A stretch of DNA of 64,000 bases from Caldisericales bacterium (GCA_022707885.1 JAKIZT010000004.1:103697-167696), one strand, 5' to 3'; shown: positions 10,193-19,283, numbered from the stretch's first letter. Numbers and translations are program-made. The notes: a model not told the origin generated them from the sequence alone.

Positions 10193-11022
10193 TTTGAATC
10201 CCCGATTGATGCTTTTTCCAAAGGAATATTATTTCCCTTGGCATCAACCAGTGATATCAACCCCTGTCTGTAGAGTTGTGTTATTACAATAGAAATGCGC
10301 TTCTGATCAAGATGAAGCCTCGCGGTGATTCTTTCAAGCGTATTGTGGCCGTCGATTTGCTGGTACACAAGATCCTGCATCGCGGTCTCTACGCCAACTT
10401 TTGGCGAAACTATCCTGTTTTTTGGCACAAAAAGCGATTGCCCCCTGTGTGGTTGCGGGATCAGCGTCAAATCAATAAGTTTATATTTCAGGGAAGTAAT
10501 TATCCCCGCCGATTTTAATGCAAACAGTATCCTGTAAGTCGAGAGGTAGCCAAGGCCAGATTTTTCTGCAATCTGCCTGGCATTGAGTTTTCCATCAACA
10601 AGCCTGAGCGTCTTCCAGTCATCAGGCTTCATGGTAAAATCTGATGAGGCCTCCTGTATATTGTCCTGTACCTCAAAAACTTCGTCCTCGAAAAAACCTT
10701 GTGATTTTATTACTTTCCATTCTTCAAGGAGTCTCGAGCCCTGGATGAGAAGGGAGTCTATTGGCTCATAGATCGTTCTGAGATCTATCCTTCCGCGCTC
10801 ATCGAACATAAATTCTCCCTCTTCCCATATCAAAAGCTCAAAAAATGCCGCACTGCCAGTCAGCTTTGCAATGGAACAATGATAAAGCCTGCCAGCCTGA
10901 AAATAGCATTTGGCCTGTCTTTCTCCATCATCAATCTTCAGGGCACCAGATTTGCCCTCCATGGTGATCAGCTGGAGCAGCGAGTTCAATTTGAAACTTT
11001 TTATATCTCCGACAAGCGCCAT
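10189..11022 (-). CDS. DUF4388 (PatA N-terminal-like) domain protein with two winged-helix-like repeats
   Basis: LVGDIKSFKLNSLLQLITMEGKSGALKI...CYFQAGRL...WEEGEFMF; then two xxDGxxxxxxIAxxxxL...LxxxGLI segments. Confidence 0.8.
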   Translation of the reverse strand: MALVGDIKSFKLNSLLQLITMEGKSGALKIDDGERQAKCYFQAGRLYHCSIAKLTGSAAFFELLIWEEGEFMFDERGRIDLRTIYEPIDSLLIQGSRLLEEWKVIKSQGFFEDEVFEVQDNIQEASSDFTMKPDDWKTLRLVDGKLNARQIAEKSGLGYLSTYRILFALKSAGIITSLKYKLIDLTLIPQPHRGQSLFVPKNRIVSPKVGVETAMQDLVYQQIDGHNTLERITARLHLDQKRISIVITQLYRQGLISLVDAKGNNIPLEKASIGDSK

Positions 11023-11146
11023 AGGCCCTCCAAAGTCGAATTATTCAAGTCAAGTTTAATATAGGAGTTGGTTTTGTCAACTTGACCAGTGACAAAAAAC
11101 ATTTATAGACAAAGATTGGCACTTTGTTACAATCACCCAAGGATCA

Positions 11147-12295
11147 ATGCAAAAACCAAACTTGCAGATTTTAGGCCTTTCTTTTTCGATTGTAATTGCC
11201 GCAATGAGCTTTCAGGTTGCGCCCTCTACGGTTATGGGAATCATAAGGGAGCTTAACCTCCTTAATTTCACACAGGCCATGTTATTGGCAAACGCACCGG
11301 CTTTTACGAGCCTGTTTATAATGCTGCCCGTTGGAAGATTTTTAAACACAAGAAACCCTATCAGATGGTCCCTTTCAGTCAGTATATTGCTTGCATTGGT
11401 CTCAGCATTGCTCCTTTTCATGGCAAGCTATCCATTCATGCTGTCCCTCAGGTTTCTAGGCGGGCTGGCAACAGCACCAGCGTATATCATTGGATCACAG
11501 CTTCCGCTGGTTGCTTTCCAGCCAGAGCACAGAAACAGGTTTTCAGCCATCCAGACACTTGCCTCACCGATTGGAACAATACTTGCCACTCAAACTGGCG
11601 GGATGATCGCTTCCAGGTTTGGACATACACTTGTTTACATTGTCCCTTTGCTCTTTAGTTTTATTGCCATCATTTTTGCCATCAAACTATGGGGTGCAAA
11701 GCTTCCAGAAATAGAAAAACCCGCGCAAAAAAAGGTTTTTTTGCCCTCAGTAAAAACCATGTTGATGGCAATAATTTGGGCGCTTTTTTCTGGTGCCACA
11801 GCAGGTGCTTTTATAAATACATCTACTGAAATCGGGATTTTTGATGGACTTGCAAGACCAGTTGCATCTCTTGGGCCATTGTTTCTGATGGTTCCATCTT
11901 TTTTCATAAGCCCCTGGGTAGGTTCAATGCTGGACAAAAAAACAAGGAGAGGAAATATGCTTATTGTTGCAGGACTGGCAATGACATTATCCATCCTGAT
12001 ATTGCCAATAGGAAAACCACTCTGGTTTGTTGGCTCAATTTTGCTTGGTTTGTCAGCATCACTTATTCCGCCAGTGGTTTTTTCTTCGCCAGGAAAGTTC
12101 GAGCCCAGACACAACATGGCATACTCGCTTTCAATAATAAATCTTTTTGGGACAATAGGTCTCATAGCATCAACACCCCTTGTTGGAACAATAAGGGATG
12201 CAACACAAAGTTGGCCAGCCACAATGATTGCAGTTTCAGTCTTTTGTTTTGCAATATCACTTATAGGTCTGGCTTTTGCAAAGGAGCATGAATGA
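11147..12295 (+). CDS. MFS transporter
   Basis: About 12 TM; motif-A-like GRFLNTRNP and GSMLDKKTRR; LRFLGGLA. Confidence 0.85.
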   Translation: MQKPNLQILGLSFSIVIAAMSFQVAPSTVMGIIRELNLLNFTQAMLLANAPAFTSLFIMLPVGRFLNTRNPIRWSLSVSILLALVSALLLFMASYPFMLSLRFLGGLATAPAYIIGSQLPLVAFQPEHRNRFSAIQTLASPIGTILATQTGGMIASRFGHTLVYIVPLLFSFIAIIFAIKLWGAKLPEIEKPAQKKVFLPSVKTMLMAIIWALFSGATAGAFINTSTEIGIFDGLARPVASLGPLFLMVPSFFISPWVGSMLDKKTRRGNMLIVAGLAMTLSILILPIGKPLWFVGSILLGLSASLIPPVVFSSPGKFEPRHNMAYSLSIINLFGTIGLIASTPLVGTIRDATQSWPATMIAVSVFCFAISLIGLAFAKEHE

Positions 12296-15200
12296 TGAGA
12301 AAAACAATTGTAATTTTGATAGCTGTTTTATTTGTCCTGCAACCCCTCCCAAAAAACAGTAGTGCACAGGAGGGCTGGTACCAGAAAGATGTTGAGATTG
12401 AGATACCACCGCAATCCGAAATCTCAATCGACATAAAAGACGGACTTCCTGTTGTTAATGGAAAAAACAACAAATGGGCTGAGCTGAGGTGTCCGGAGTG
12501 GATCAGGGAGGACTTGGTACTTGCCTTCGAGAAACTTTCAAAAACATCAACAAGGCTTTCTCCATCAACATTTGTTCAGGCAGCAACACTCCTGCCAGAC
12601 AAAATCGAGGTACTTGTCATCTCGTCATCTGGAAGAAAGCCAGAGGTCATAAGGGTGGGCGATTTTGAAAAAATGCCAATCCTGCCAGATTCAATCGATA
12701 ATGGCGCCAGACTCGCAATTGCAGACGTTGACGGTGATGGAAATTCCGACCTTGTAGTATGCCCCCAAAATGGTGGATGGTACTATTTTAAAGGCCCAAG
12801 CTTTTCTGTGCCTGCCCAATCAGAGCAGGCAGACGACAGGGAATGGCTTTCCCCAATGACAACTCCATCCGCGCCAGACAAGGTGGTTTTTGCAAAAAAT
12901 ACCGACACATCAAAGGGCATGATCTATTACGACGGAACAGAAATAAAAAAACTGGACCAGACAAACTTTACAACGATGCTCCCAAACACCTTTGCAACAC
13001 TTTGTTCAAAAGGCATGATTTATGTTGACCAGTTTGGAGTGATTCGTCTTGTAGAGTCAAAAAATGGCACACCTTCAGGGTATTCATCCTCAACCGATAC
13101 AATAATGCCATCATTTGATGATGAAGTAAGATTGGCCATCTCGGGCAATCTTCTCATCGCAGGCAACAATGACGGCATCCTTCTTTCAATGGAAAGAAAT
13201 GGAACAGACTTTACCTTCCAGAAAAAAGAGCTTGGCACAAAACTCGCTTTTGGAAGAGACCTCAGCCCTTGCCTTGCCGATATGAATGGTGATGGAAAGC
13301 TGGATCTGGTCTGGAGGGACAGCACAGGCGTATACGTCTCAGATGGGCCGGATTTTGTCAAAAAAACGAAGCTCTCTGTTACATCTGCAGGGCCAATTGC
13401 TGTGGGTGACCTGAATGGCGATAAAAAACCAGACATTGTCACCACTGAGAAATCGTCCATTAAAATATTGACTGGGCCAGGCTTCAATCCGCTTGGCAAC
13501 CAGCCAAACGCTGAATGCGGGGAGTATGTTTCACCTTCGATCGGCGACCTTGATGCTGATGGCAAGGCAGACATAGTCCTTGGCAATGAAAAAGGCCTGA
13601 TTTGCTTCCTCAAAGGCCCTGATTTCAAGAAAACATCCCTTACCGATGGCATCGATGTTGGCGATTATTCAAATCCCTGCATTGCCGATGTTGACCAGGA
13701 CGGCAAGGTTGAACTGGCAATCGCAAATGTCGATGGAAGGGTGATTGTCTACAAGTACAACGCCGGGGAACTCCAGGAGTTCAGGTCATGGTCATTCATC
13801 CCGACACCACCTTTCATGACAAGGTCAGATTATTTCACAAAATATTACAGGGAGTCTTCAATACTGCCCTGGGACGATGACAAGCCAGCTGTTGAGGCAT
13901 ACAAGAAACTGCTGCAGGAATGCCCCGAAAAATATCTCGATGAAGTTGCGTTCTCCGTTGCAAACACAAACCCGGAAGTTTTGAGGCTTGTTACAAGAAT
14001 GGGGCAGCAGAGTGTGTTCCTGAGAAACGCAGTTTCAATCTATGAAACGGACAAGAAGCTCGGATATGTCGAAATCATTGAAAAGGGTGACTGGACAACA
14101 TGCGCCTACCAGACATCTGAGGGAAGGATTGAGCTTTCAAAGTACGATTATTACTGGTTTGTCGTCCATCCACGCGTGTACTACGAAATGCCAATTGCCG
14201 TCAATGCGTCATGGTGGGAAAAAGGGCCCGATGACTACGGGATCACAAAAGAGGCATGGTGGCAGCACCAAGAAAACATATTCGAGGGGAACGGCGTTTT
14301 CTGGAGAGAGGGCATGGCCACAGATACAAAATCATACGGCGATTCAATGATAAACACCGCATCAAAAGGAAAAACGCTTGAAGAAGCCATAACGAACCTC
14401 CATGTTCTCGTTAATCCAGGCAAAAAGGACTCCAGAAACACTTTCGGCTACCTGACACAGGATCTTTACCCATGGCACATATTCAGGAAACGCTATGGCT
14501 CATGCGGAGAGCAGTCGATCGTGTTCTGTGCAATTGCCAGAACAGCACTCATCCCATGCTATGTCGTTGCCGACAGGGGTGAAGACCACCAGTGGAACGA
14601 GGTCTGGCTCCCGCAAGGCTGGACACACTTTGAGCCAAGCGCTGGCGACACCAACTTCATGGACGAACCATGGGGTTCCTCGGAGGGATTTGACCACAAG
14701 GCAAAGACCACATCGACAGTGATGGGCTGGCGTGGTGATGATTCTTACTTTGACGTCACAACCACGGTACACAACCAGAAAGACAAGAAATACACCCAGA
14801 AAGGCTCTGGTTACACTGACACGGCAAAGGTCGTATTCACAGTTACCGACGCCGACAATCAGCCGGTCGAGGGTGCAATGATCGTTGCCAGGTCAGGCTG
14901 GCAGGCAAGAAACATGATATCGTTCTGGAGGTACACAAACGCTGAGGGAAAATGCACATTTGATCTTGGCTACGAGCCCTATTACATCATTGACTGCGTA
15001 ACAAAATATGGTTTTACAGGACTTTCACGCTTCGTGGTCAATGAAGGCTCCTCCTATAATGTAAAACTCTCTGTTCCTGGGCGCATTGGGAAACAGAGCC
15101 AAACCCCAGAAGTATTCTCATCAAAAGAAACCAGCATAAAACTGGAAGTGCTGGAAAATTCAGACGAATTGAGACCACCAAACTTCATAAGCGGTGGAGG

Positions 15201-16059
15201 ATACACTCCCGGGAGTTACACTTTTGAAAAGTACAGCTATATGGGCACGTTCTTCTCGAAGGTCAAAGTTGAAGCGACTCCAATAAAGGTTTCTGCAAAC
15301 AGCAAAAATTACACCATGGGCAATACAGTATTTCTCGATCCGCAAAAACCCCTGAGGCTGGTGAACGATTCAGATAAAACCTGGAAAAAAATCAAAATCC
15401 GCTTCACCTTCTCGGCAAAAGAGTTCAAGCTGGACATCAAGACGCCAAAGGAAGGAATAAAAGTAAACAGTGGCAGCCCGTTCAAACTTGAAGCATCTAT
15501 TGAGAGCACAACGCCAGTTGTTGGCTTCTATTGGTCATGGGACAGCAAAAACTGGAACAAACTGGACAAGGAAGGTGCAACAATTGAAACAGGGCTGGGT
15601 GGTGCCCCAAGTCCCGGCAAGAAAACAATAAACCTCAAGGCCGTGGCGCTTTTCAAGGATGCAATCCAGGAGGTAACAAAGACGTTCGAGGTTGAGCTTC
15701 TTCCAACAAACGAGTTCAAAAACCAGCCAGTGTTCCAGGACCCGCCAAACCAGCTCGAAGGCTCTTCATGGAAGCTCCAGTCATTCAGGATTCCAAAGGG
15801 TGAGAGATACCTGATGATAAAAACAGACAGCCAGTCGCCAGGGCTTGATCTTGATGTGTTCCTCTACCTGGACAAGAATGGCGACGGCAAACCGGCAGAG
15901 GACGAGCAAATCGGCGTCTCAAACGGGCCAACCTGCCAGGAGAGGATACTCATAAACAATCCAGTTGAAGGTCCATACATACTTCTTTGCCAGGGATGCA
16001 CATGTCCCACTGAAAATTCCACATTTGATGTGAAGCTCTCCTGTGTTCCAATCTGGTAA
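12292..16059 (+). CDS. Large secreted protein: FG-GAP/VCBS repeats + transglutaminase-like domain + Ig-like + pre-peptidase-C-like domain
   Basis: Signal peptide; DVDGDGNSD, DMNGDGKLD, DLNGDKKPD, DLDADGKAD, DVDQDGKVE; GSCGEQSIVFCAIARTALIP...HQWNEVWLPQGWTHFEPS; C-terminal GLDLDVFLY...GPYILL. Confidence 0.8.
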   Translation: MMRKTIVILIAVLFVLQPLPKNSSAQEGWYQKDVEIEIPPQSEISIDIKDGLPVVNGKNNKWAELRCPEWIREDLVLAFEKLSKTSTRLSPSTFVQAATLLPDKIEVLVISSSGRKPEVIRVGDFEKMPILPDSIDNGARLAIADVDGDGNSDLVVCPQNGGWYYFKGPSFSVPAQSEQADDREWLSPMTTPSAPDKVVFAKNTDTSKGMIYYDGTEIKKLDQTNFTTMLPNTFATLCSKGMIYVDQFGVIRLVESKNGTPSGYSSSTDTIMPSFDDEVRLAISGNLLIAGNNDGILLSMERNGTDFTFQKKELGTKLAFGRDLSPCLADMNGDGKLDLVWRDSTGVYVSDGPDFVKKTKLSVTSAGPIAVGDLNGDKKPDIVTTEKSSIKILTGPGFNPLGNQPNAECGEYVSPSIGDLDADGKADIVLGNEKGLICFLKGPDFKKTSLTDGIDVGDYSNPCIADVDQDGKVELAIANVDGRVIVYKYNAGELQEFRSWSFIPTPPFMTRSDYFTKYYRESSILPWDDDKPAVEAYKKLLQECPEKYLDEVAFSVANTNPEVLRLVTRMGQQSVFLRNAVSIYETDKKLGYVEIIEKGDWTTCAYQTSEGRIELSKYDYYWFVVHPRVYYEMPIAVNASWWEKGPDDYGITKEAWWQHQENIFEGNGVFWREGMATDTKSYGDSMINTASKGKTLEEAITNLHVLVNPGKKDSRNTFGYLTQDLYPWHIFRKRYGSCGEQSIVFCAIARTALIPCYVVADRGEDHQWNEVWLPQGWTHFEPSAGDTNFMDEPWGSSEGFDHKAKTTSTVMGWRGDDSYFDVTTTVHNQKDKKYTQKGSGYTDTAKVVFTVTDADNQPVEGAMIVARSGWQARNMISFWRYTNAEGKCTFDLGYEPYYIIDCVTKYGFTGLSRFVVNEGSSYNVKLSVPGRIGKQSQTPEVFSSKETSIKLEVLENSDELRPPNFISGGGYTPGSYTFEKYSYMGTFFSKVKVEATPIKVSANSKNYTMGNTVFLDPQKPLRLVNDSDKTWKKIKIRFTFSAKEFKLDIKTPKEGIKVNSGSPFKLEASIESTTPVVGFYWSWDSKNWNKLDKEGATIETGLGGAPSPGKKTINLKAVALFKDAIQEVTKTFEVELLPTNEFKNQPVFQDPPNQLEGSSWKLQSFRIPKGERYLMIKTDSQSPGLDLDVFLYLDKNGDGKPAEDEQIGVSNGPTCQERILINNPVEGPYILLCQGCTCPTENSTFDVKLSCVPIW

Positions 16060-16065
16060 AACCGG

Positions 16066-16094
16066 TTGACAACAAGCGTGCCGGATTTTAACAT
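16066..16094 (+). promoter_or_regulatory. Putative sigma70 promoter of tRNA-Arg
   Basis: TTGACA (16066-71), 17-bp spacer, TAACAT (16089-94), about 10 nt before the tRNA. Confidence 0.6.
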
Positions 16095-16104
16095 AATCCG
16101 GCAC

Positions 16105-16178
16105 GCGCCCATAGCTCAACTGGACAGAGCGGTGGCCTCCGGAGCCGCAGGTTAGGGGTTCGAATCCCCTTGGGCGCG
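16105..16178 (+). tRNA. tRNA-Arg(CCG), CCA not encoded
   Basis: GCGCCCA/TGGGCGC acceptor stem, TAGCTCAACTGGACAGAGC D arm, anticodon loop CT-CCG-GA, GGTTCGAATCC T arm; followed by GCTT, not CCA. Confidence 0.95.
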
Positions 16179-16475
16179 CTTTCTTTTTATGACATACACC
16201 CCGGCACATTCGGAAATTTGAGAATAGGACACCAAATAGCCCAAATCAGAAATTCTTTTTACAAGAAAATCTACATCGACAGCTACACAAAAAGGGGCCG
16301 ATACCAATAACAACCGCTCCCGAACTCGGCACCGTTCCGGCAGACCTCATCAACGCGCTCAATCTGATATTTTACAACACCCCACAAGAAGTCATGTTAA
16401 GGTTTTGGGCGTGGAATAGAGAAGACGTATATCATACAATAAATCGTAGATTAATTTCAGAAGGGAGGTCCTTTC

Positions 16476-17669
16476 ATGACGGCAAGAATTGACGCAAATA
16501 TTAATAAAGAAACCGTCAGCTTCATCTGCACGCAGATAAGCGTATCAACCGCTTTTCTCGCACAGAAAACTGGGCTTGCCGAGGATAAAGTTGGCTCGTG
16601 GCTTGACGTTTCAAGTGATGCTTACCCGACCTTAAATCAGGCAAAGACCATCGCAAAAGTCCTGAAGGTGCCGTTTGCCGGCTTGTATATGCATAAAGGC
16701 AACCTTCCAATTAAGCAGTTACCTTCGCTACGCAATCTGCGAAGATTGCCCGAACCATTATCCGATGACAGTTCGTTGAATCTGGCGGTTGTCGAGTTAA
16801 TCCGTTATCACGATTTCCTGACATCGACTGAATCAGAGTTGGAAGTCACCGCCCCACCGTTAGCTCTGCCTTCTATTCCTGATACAGCAAGCAAAGCGGA
16901 GTATGCAGGGCATATCAGAACTTTTTTCGGATTGGAATTGAACGACCAATTTAGGTTGCAGTCCGCCCGTCAGTTTTACTTATATGTTCGCCAGCAGATT
17001 GAAAGAAAGGGCGTCTTCGTTCATTGCTTTACTGGCGTAGACGTTGAGGTAGCTCGTGGTATCTCCATTTTCAATGAGTCCGCTCCCATAATCGGAATCA
17101 ACGATAAAGACAGATATCCGGCCAAGACATTTTCCATCATTCACGAATTAGTTCATATCCTGAAAAAGCAGTCCACACTGTGCAATGAGATGTTTGCTTC
17201 GTTCTCCTCTCAGGACGAGGAAGTATTTTGTAATGCTGTTGCTGGTGAAGTGCTTGTGCCAGAGGCTTCACTCAACACCGTTTTAACCACGCAGAATATA
17301 ACCAGCATCAGCTTAGATACCATTGAAGCCATTGCCAAAAGGTACAACGTCAGTAAAGAAGTAATTACTCGCAGACTGTATGACACGAGTCGGATTTCAA
17401 AAGATGAGTACGACACCTATACAAACGAAATTCGCCAGAACTTCCTGCAGGAAGAGGAAGCCAAGAAAATAGCTCGTCAGGAGGGCAGAGGGAATCAGGG
17501 TTTCACAAATATGAGCCAATACGCCGTTGACAAGACTAGCCCTGCTATTTGCAAGGTTTTACTTATTGGATACAGTAATGGTTACTTTAGTAAACAAGAG
17601 GTATCTGGGCTTCTCGGAATCAAAGAAAAAAACATATCTAAATTCTTGACGGAGGTTGCGAAATGGTGA
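16476..17669 (+). CDS. Xre-HTH + ImmA/IrrE (peptidase M78) metallo-endopeptidase
   Basis: N-terminal HTH (LAQKTGLAEDKVGSW...PTLNQAKTIAKVLKVP), RGISI, FSIIHELVHIL (HExxH), EEVFCNAVAGEVLVP, YNVSKEVITRRL. Confidence 0.9.
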   Translation: MTARIDANINKETVSFICTQISVSTAFLAQKTGLAEDKVGSWLDVSSDAYPTLNQAKTIAKVLKVPFAGLYMHKGNLPIKQLPSLRNLRRLPEPLSDDSSLNLAVVELIRYHDFLTSTESELEVTAPPLALPSIPDTASKAEYAGHIRTFFGLELNDQFRLQSARQFYLYVRQQIERKGVFVHCFTGVDVEVARGISIFNESAPIIGINDKDRYPAKTFSIIHELVHILKKQSTLCNEMFASFSSQDEEVFCNAVAGEVLVPEASLNTVLTTQNITSISLDTIEAIAKRYNVSKEVITRRLYDTSRISKDEYDTYTNEIRQNFLQEEEAKKIARQEGRGNQGFTNMSQYAVDKTSPAICKVLLIGYSNGYFSKQEVSGLLGIKEKNISKFLTEVAKW

Positions 17670-18160
17670 CACCTGCTTATGGAGAGCAAGACACATTGTT
17701 CCCACCTCCATATCGCTACATAATTGATACTTGCTCGATTCTTTCGCAAAAGTCGGACGAACCTCACCGCCGCAATGTGTACAGCACCCTGTGGCAAAAC
17801 ATCGACGAAATGGTAAAATCAAAAGCGATAGTCATCTGCTCAGAGATAGAGGATGAGGTCGAAGATGATGAGTTGAAGCAGTGGCTTCAACAGAACGAGT
17901 GCGAGGTTCTGCCTATAGATACAGTTGTCCAGCAGAACGTGACGAAAATCGTAAATGAGCATCCAAGATTGCTTGATTTTTCAAATACGAAGTCATCCGG
18001 TGATGCTTTTATCATTGCCACCGCGATGAAATATCAGATTACCGTGATTACGGAAGAGAACAAGAACTCGCAGAAGAAAATACCGCAGATATGTGCAGCA
18101 TACAGCATTCCATGTCTTAATGTGATTGAACTGGCAGAGCAGGAGGGCTGGACATTCTAA
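17663..18160 (+). CDS. DUF4411 family PIN-like domain protein
   Basis: YIIDTCSIL, SEIEDEV, GDAFIIATAM, VITEE...KIPQICAAYSIPCLN...EGWTF; overlaps the upstream stop (ATGGTGA). Confidence 0.88.
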   Translation: MVTPAYGEQDTLFPPPYRYIIDTCSILSQKSDEPHRRNVYSTLWQNIDEMVKSKAIVICSEIEDEVEDDELKQWLQQNECEVLPIDTVVQQNVTKIVNEHPRLLDFSNTKSSGDAFIIATAMKYQITVITEENKNSQKKIPQICAAYSIPCLNVIELAEQEGWTF

Positions 18161-18778
18161 CGTAAAAAAAATTAAAAAACCCGTAATTGCAATCAAAATC
18201 GGATATTCACATGTTTTAGGGGCTGGTCCATATGGCGTGTCTATATCCCAGTAAAACTCGTCATCGTCCCAGAGATCAAGGTTTCTGTTTCTGCATTCAT
18301 CAAGCCCGGTTCTATCCTCAAATGAGATGTCACCAATAACCATGAATCCAGCTTCTTTTATGTGATCACCAAAGCATCTTTCGATTATCTGGAGTTTTGC
18401 CTCATCACAAAATTCATGAAAAAGATAGTTCGAAACCACTCTGTCAAACTTCTGTTCATCCAGAAAATCAAATGGTTTTGTGACATCAGCCTGGAATATC
18501 CTGGCCTCTGGAACGTTGGTTTTGCATCTTTCAACCATTTTTGGCGAAAAATCAACACCAGTAATATCTTTTGCTATATCGGCATACATCGTGGCAAGCA
18601 TTCCAGTGCCAATGCCAAGTTCAAGTACGGAACAATTCTCATTAATATCCGAGTGGTTTAAAACAGAAAAAAGCACGTCCCTGAAATCAATAAAGGGAAA
18701 TTCATTGCTCTCTGTGCAATTATCATATCGGGCCGACCACTCATCAAATAGGATTTGCCTGTCGGGTTGTTCAGTCAC
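17993..18778 (-). CDS. Class I SAM-dependent methyltransferase (3' end aberrant)
   Basis: LFDEWSARYD, VLELGIGTG motif I, GVDFSPKM, VVSNYLFHEF; the last ~56 codons overlap DUF4411 antisense. Confidence 0.8.
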   Translation of the reverse strand: MTEQPDRQILFDEWSARYDNCTESNEFPFIDFRDVLFSVLNHSDINENCSVLELGIGTGMLATMYADIAKDITGVDFSPKMVERCKTNVPEARIFQADVTKPFDFLDEQKFDRVVSNYLFHEFCDEAKLQIIERCFGDHIKEAGFMVIGDISFEDRTGLDECRNRNLDLWDDDEFYWDIDTPYGPAPKTCEYPILIAITGFLIFFTLECPALLLCQFNHIKTWNAVCCTYLRYFLLRVLVLFRNHGNLIFHRGGNDKSITG

Positions 18779-19241
18779 CCTGTTTGCTGTTTTTGGCTTC
18801 CCTGGACTGGGATTTCAAGTAGTCCCTTATCTTTGCGGCGTCTTCGAAACGCTCTTCCTGGATGGCCCTCTCGAGGTCGCTCCTGAGTGATTCGGTGCTT
18901 TCCTTGGAGAGTGAAAACTCGTTTATGATTGCGCCAAGCCTCTCCTTGAAGGCGATATAGCAGGCCGGGCAACCAACATAATTGTCTTTTACAAAAGCAA
19001 GGTATTTTTTGCCACAATTGGGACAGGCCAGATCAATATCCTTCTGTTCTCTTGCCTGTGCAACAACGCTTGAGAGCCAGTCAGAAACACCCCTTTGACC
19101 AAAAGTGGCCTGGGCCCTCCTTGACTCCAGCATTTTTTTTGCGCAATCGTCGCATATGTATAATTCAAGGACTTTCGTTGAGCCTATCACCTGAACATAG
19201 TGCCCAGTCGCTTCCTTTTGTTTGCAAATCTGACAAAGCAT
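18771..19241 (-). CDS. mcsA: McsA-like protein (four CxxC + UVR domain)
   Basis: CQIC, CDDC, CPNC, GCPACYIAF, and LERAIQEERFEDAAKIRD UVR motif. Confidence 0.8.
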   Translation of the reverse strand: MLCQICKQKEATGHYVQVIGSTKVLELYICDDCAKKMLESRRAQATFGQRGVSDWLSSVVAQAREQKDIDLACPNCGKKYLAFVKDNYVGCPACYIAFKERLGAIINEFSLSKESTESLRSDLERAIQEERFEDAAKIRDYLKSQSREAKNSKQGD

Positions 19242-19283
19242 TTACACTTCCTTTCGAAACCAATTATAATATAGGGGAACCAG

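Noticed and set aside
9562-11140. T-box leader for tyrS
   Set aside because: tyrS is internal to an operon with overlapping upstream genes, and no T-box consensus was seen in the 124-bp leader.
16193-16492. Stop-free frame of about 100 codons between tRNA-Arg and the ImmA gene
   Set aside because: No start codon or SD near its 5' end and no recognisable motif; could be chance or a remnant.
16105-18800. Prophage or ICE integrated at tRNA-Arg
   Set aside because: No integrase, no phage genes and no duplicated tRNA 3' end (attR) seen; at most a two-gene islet.
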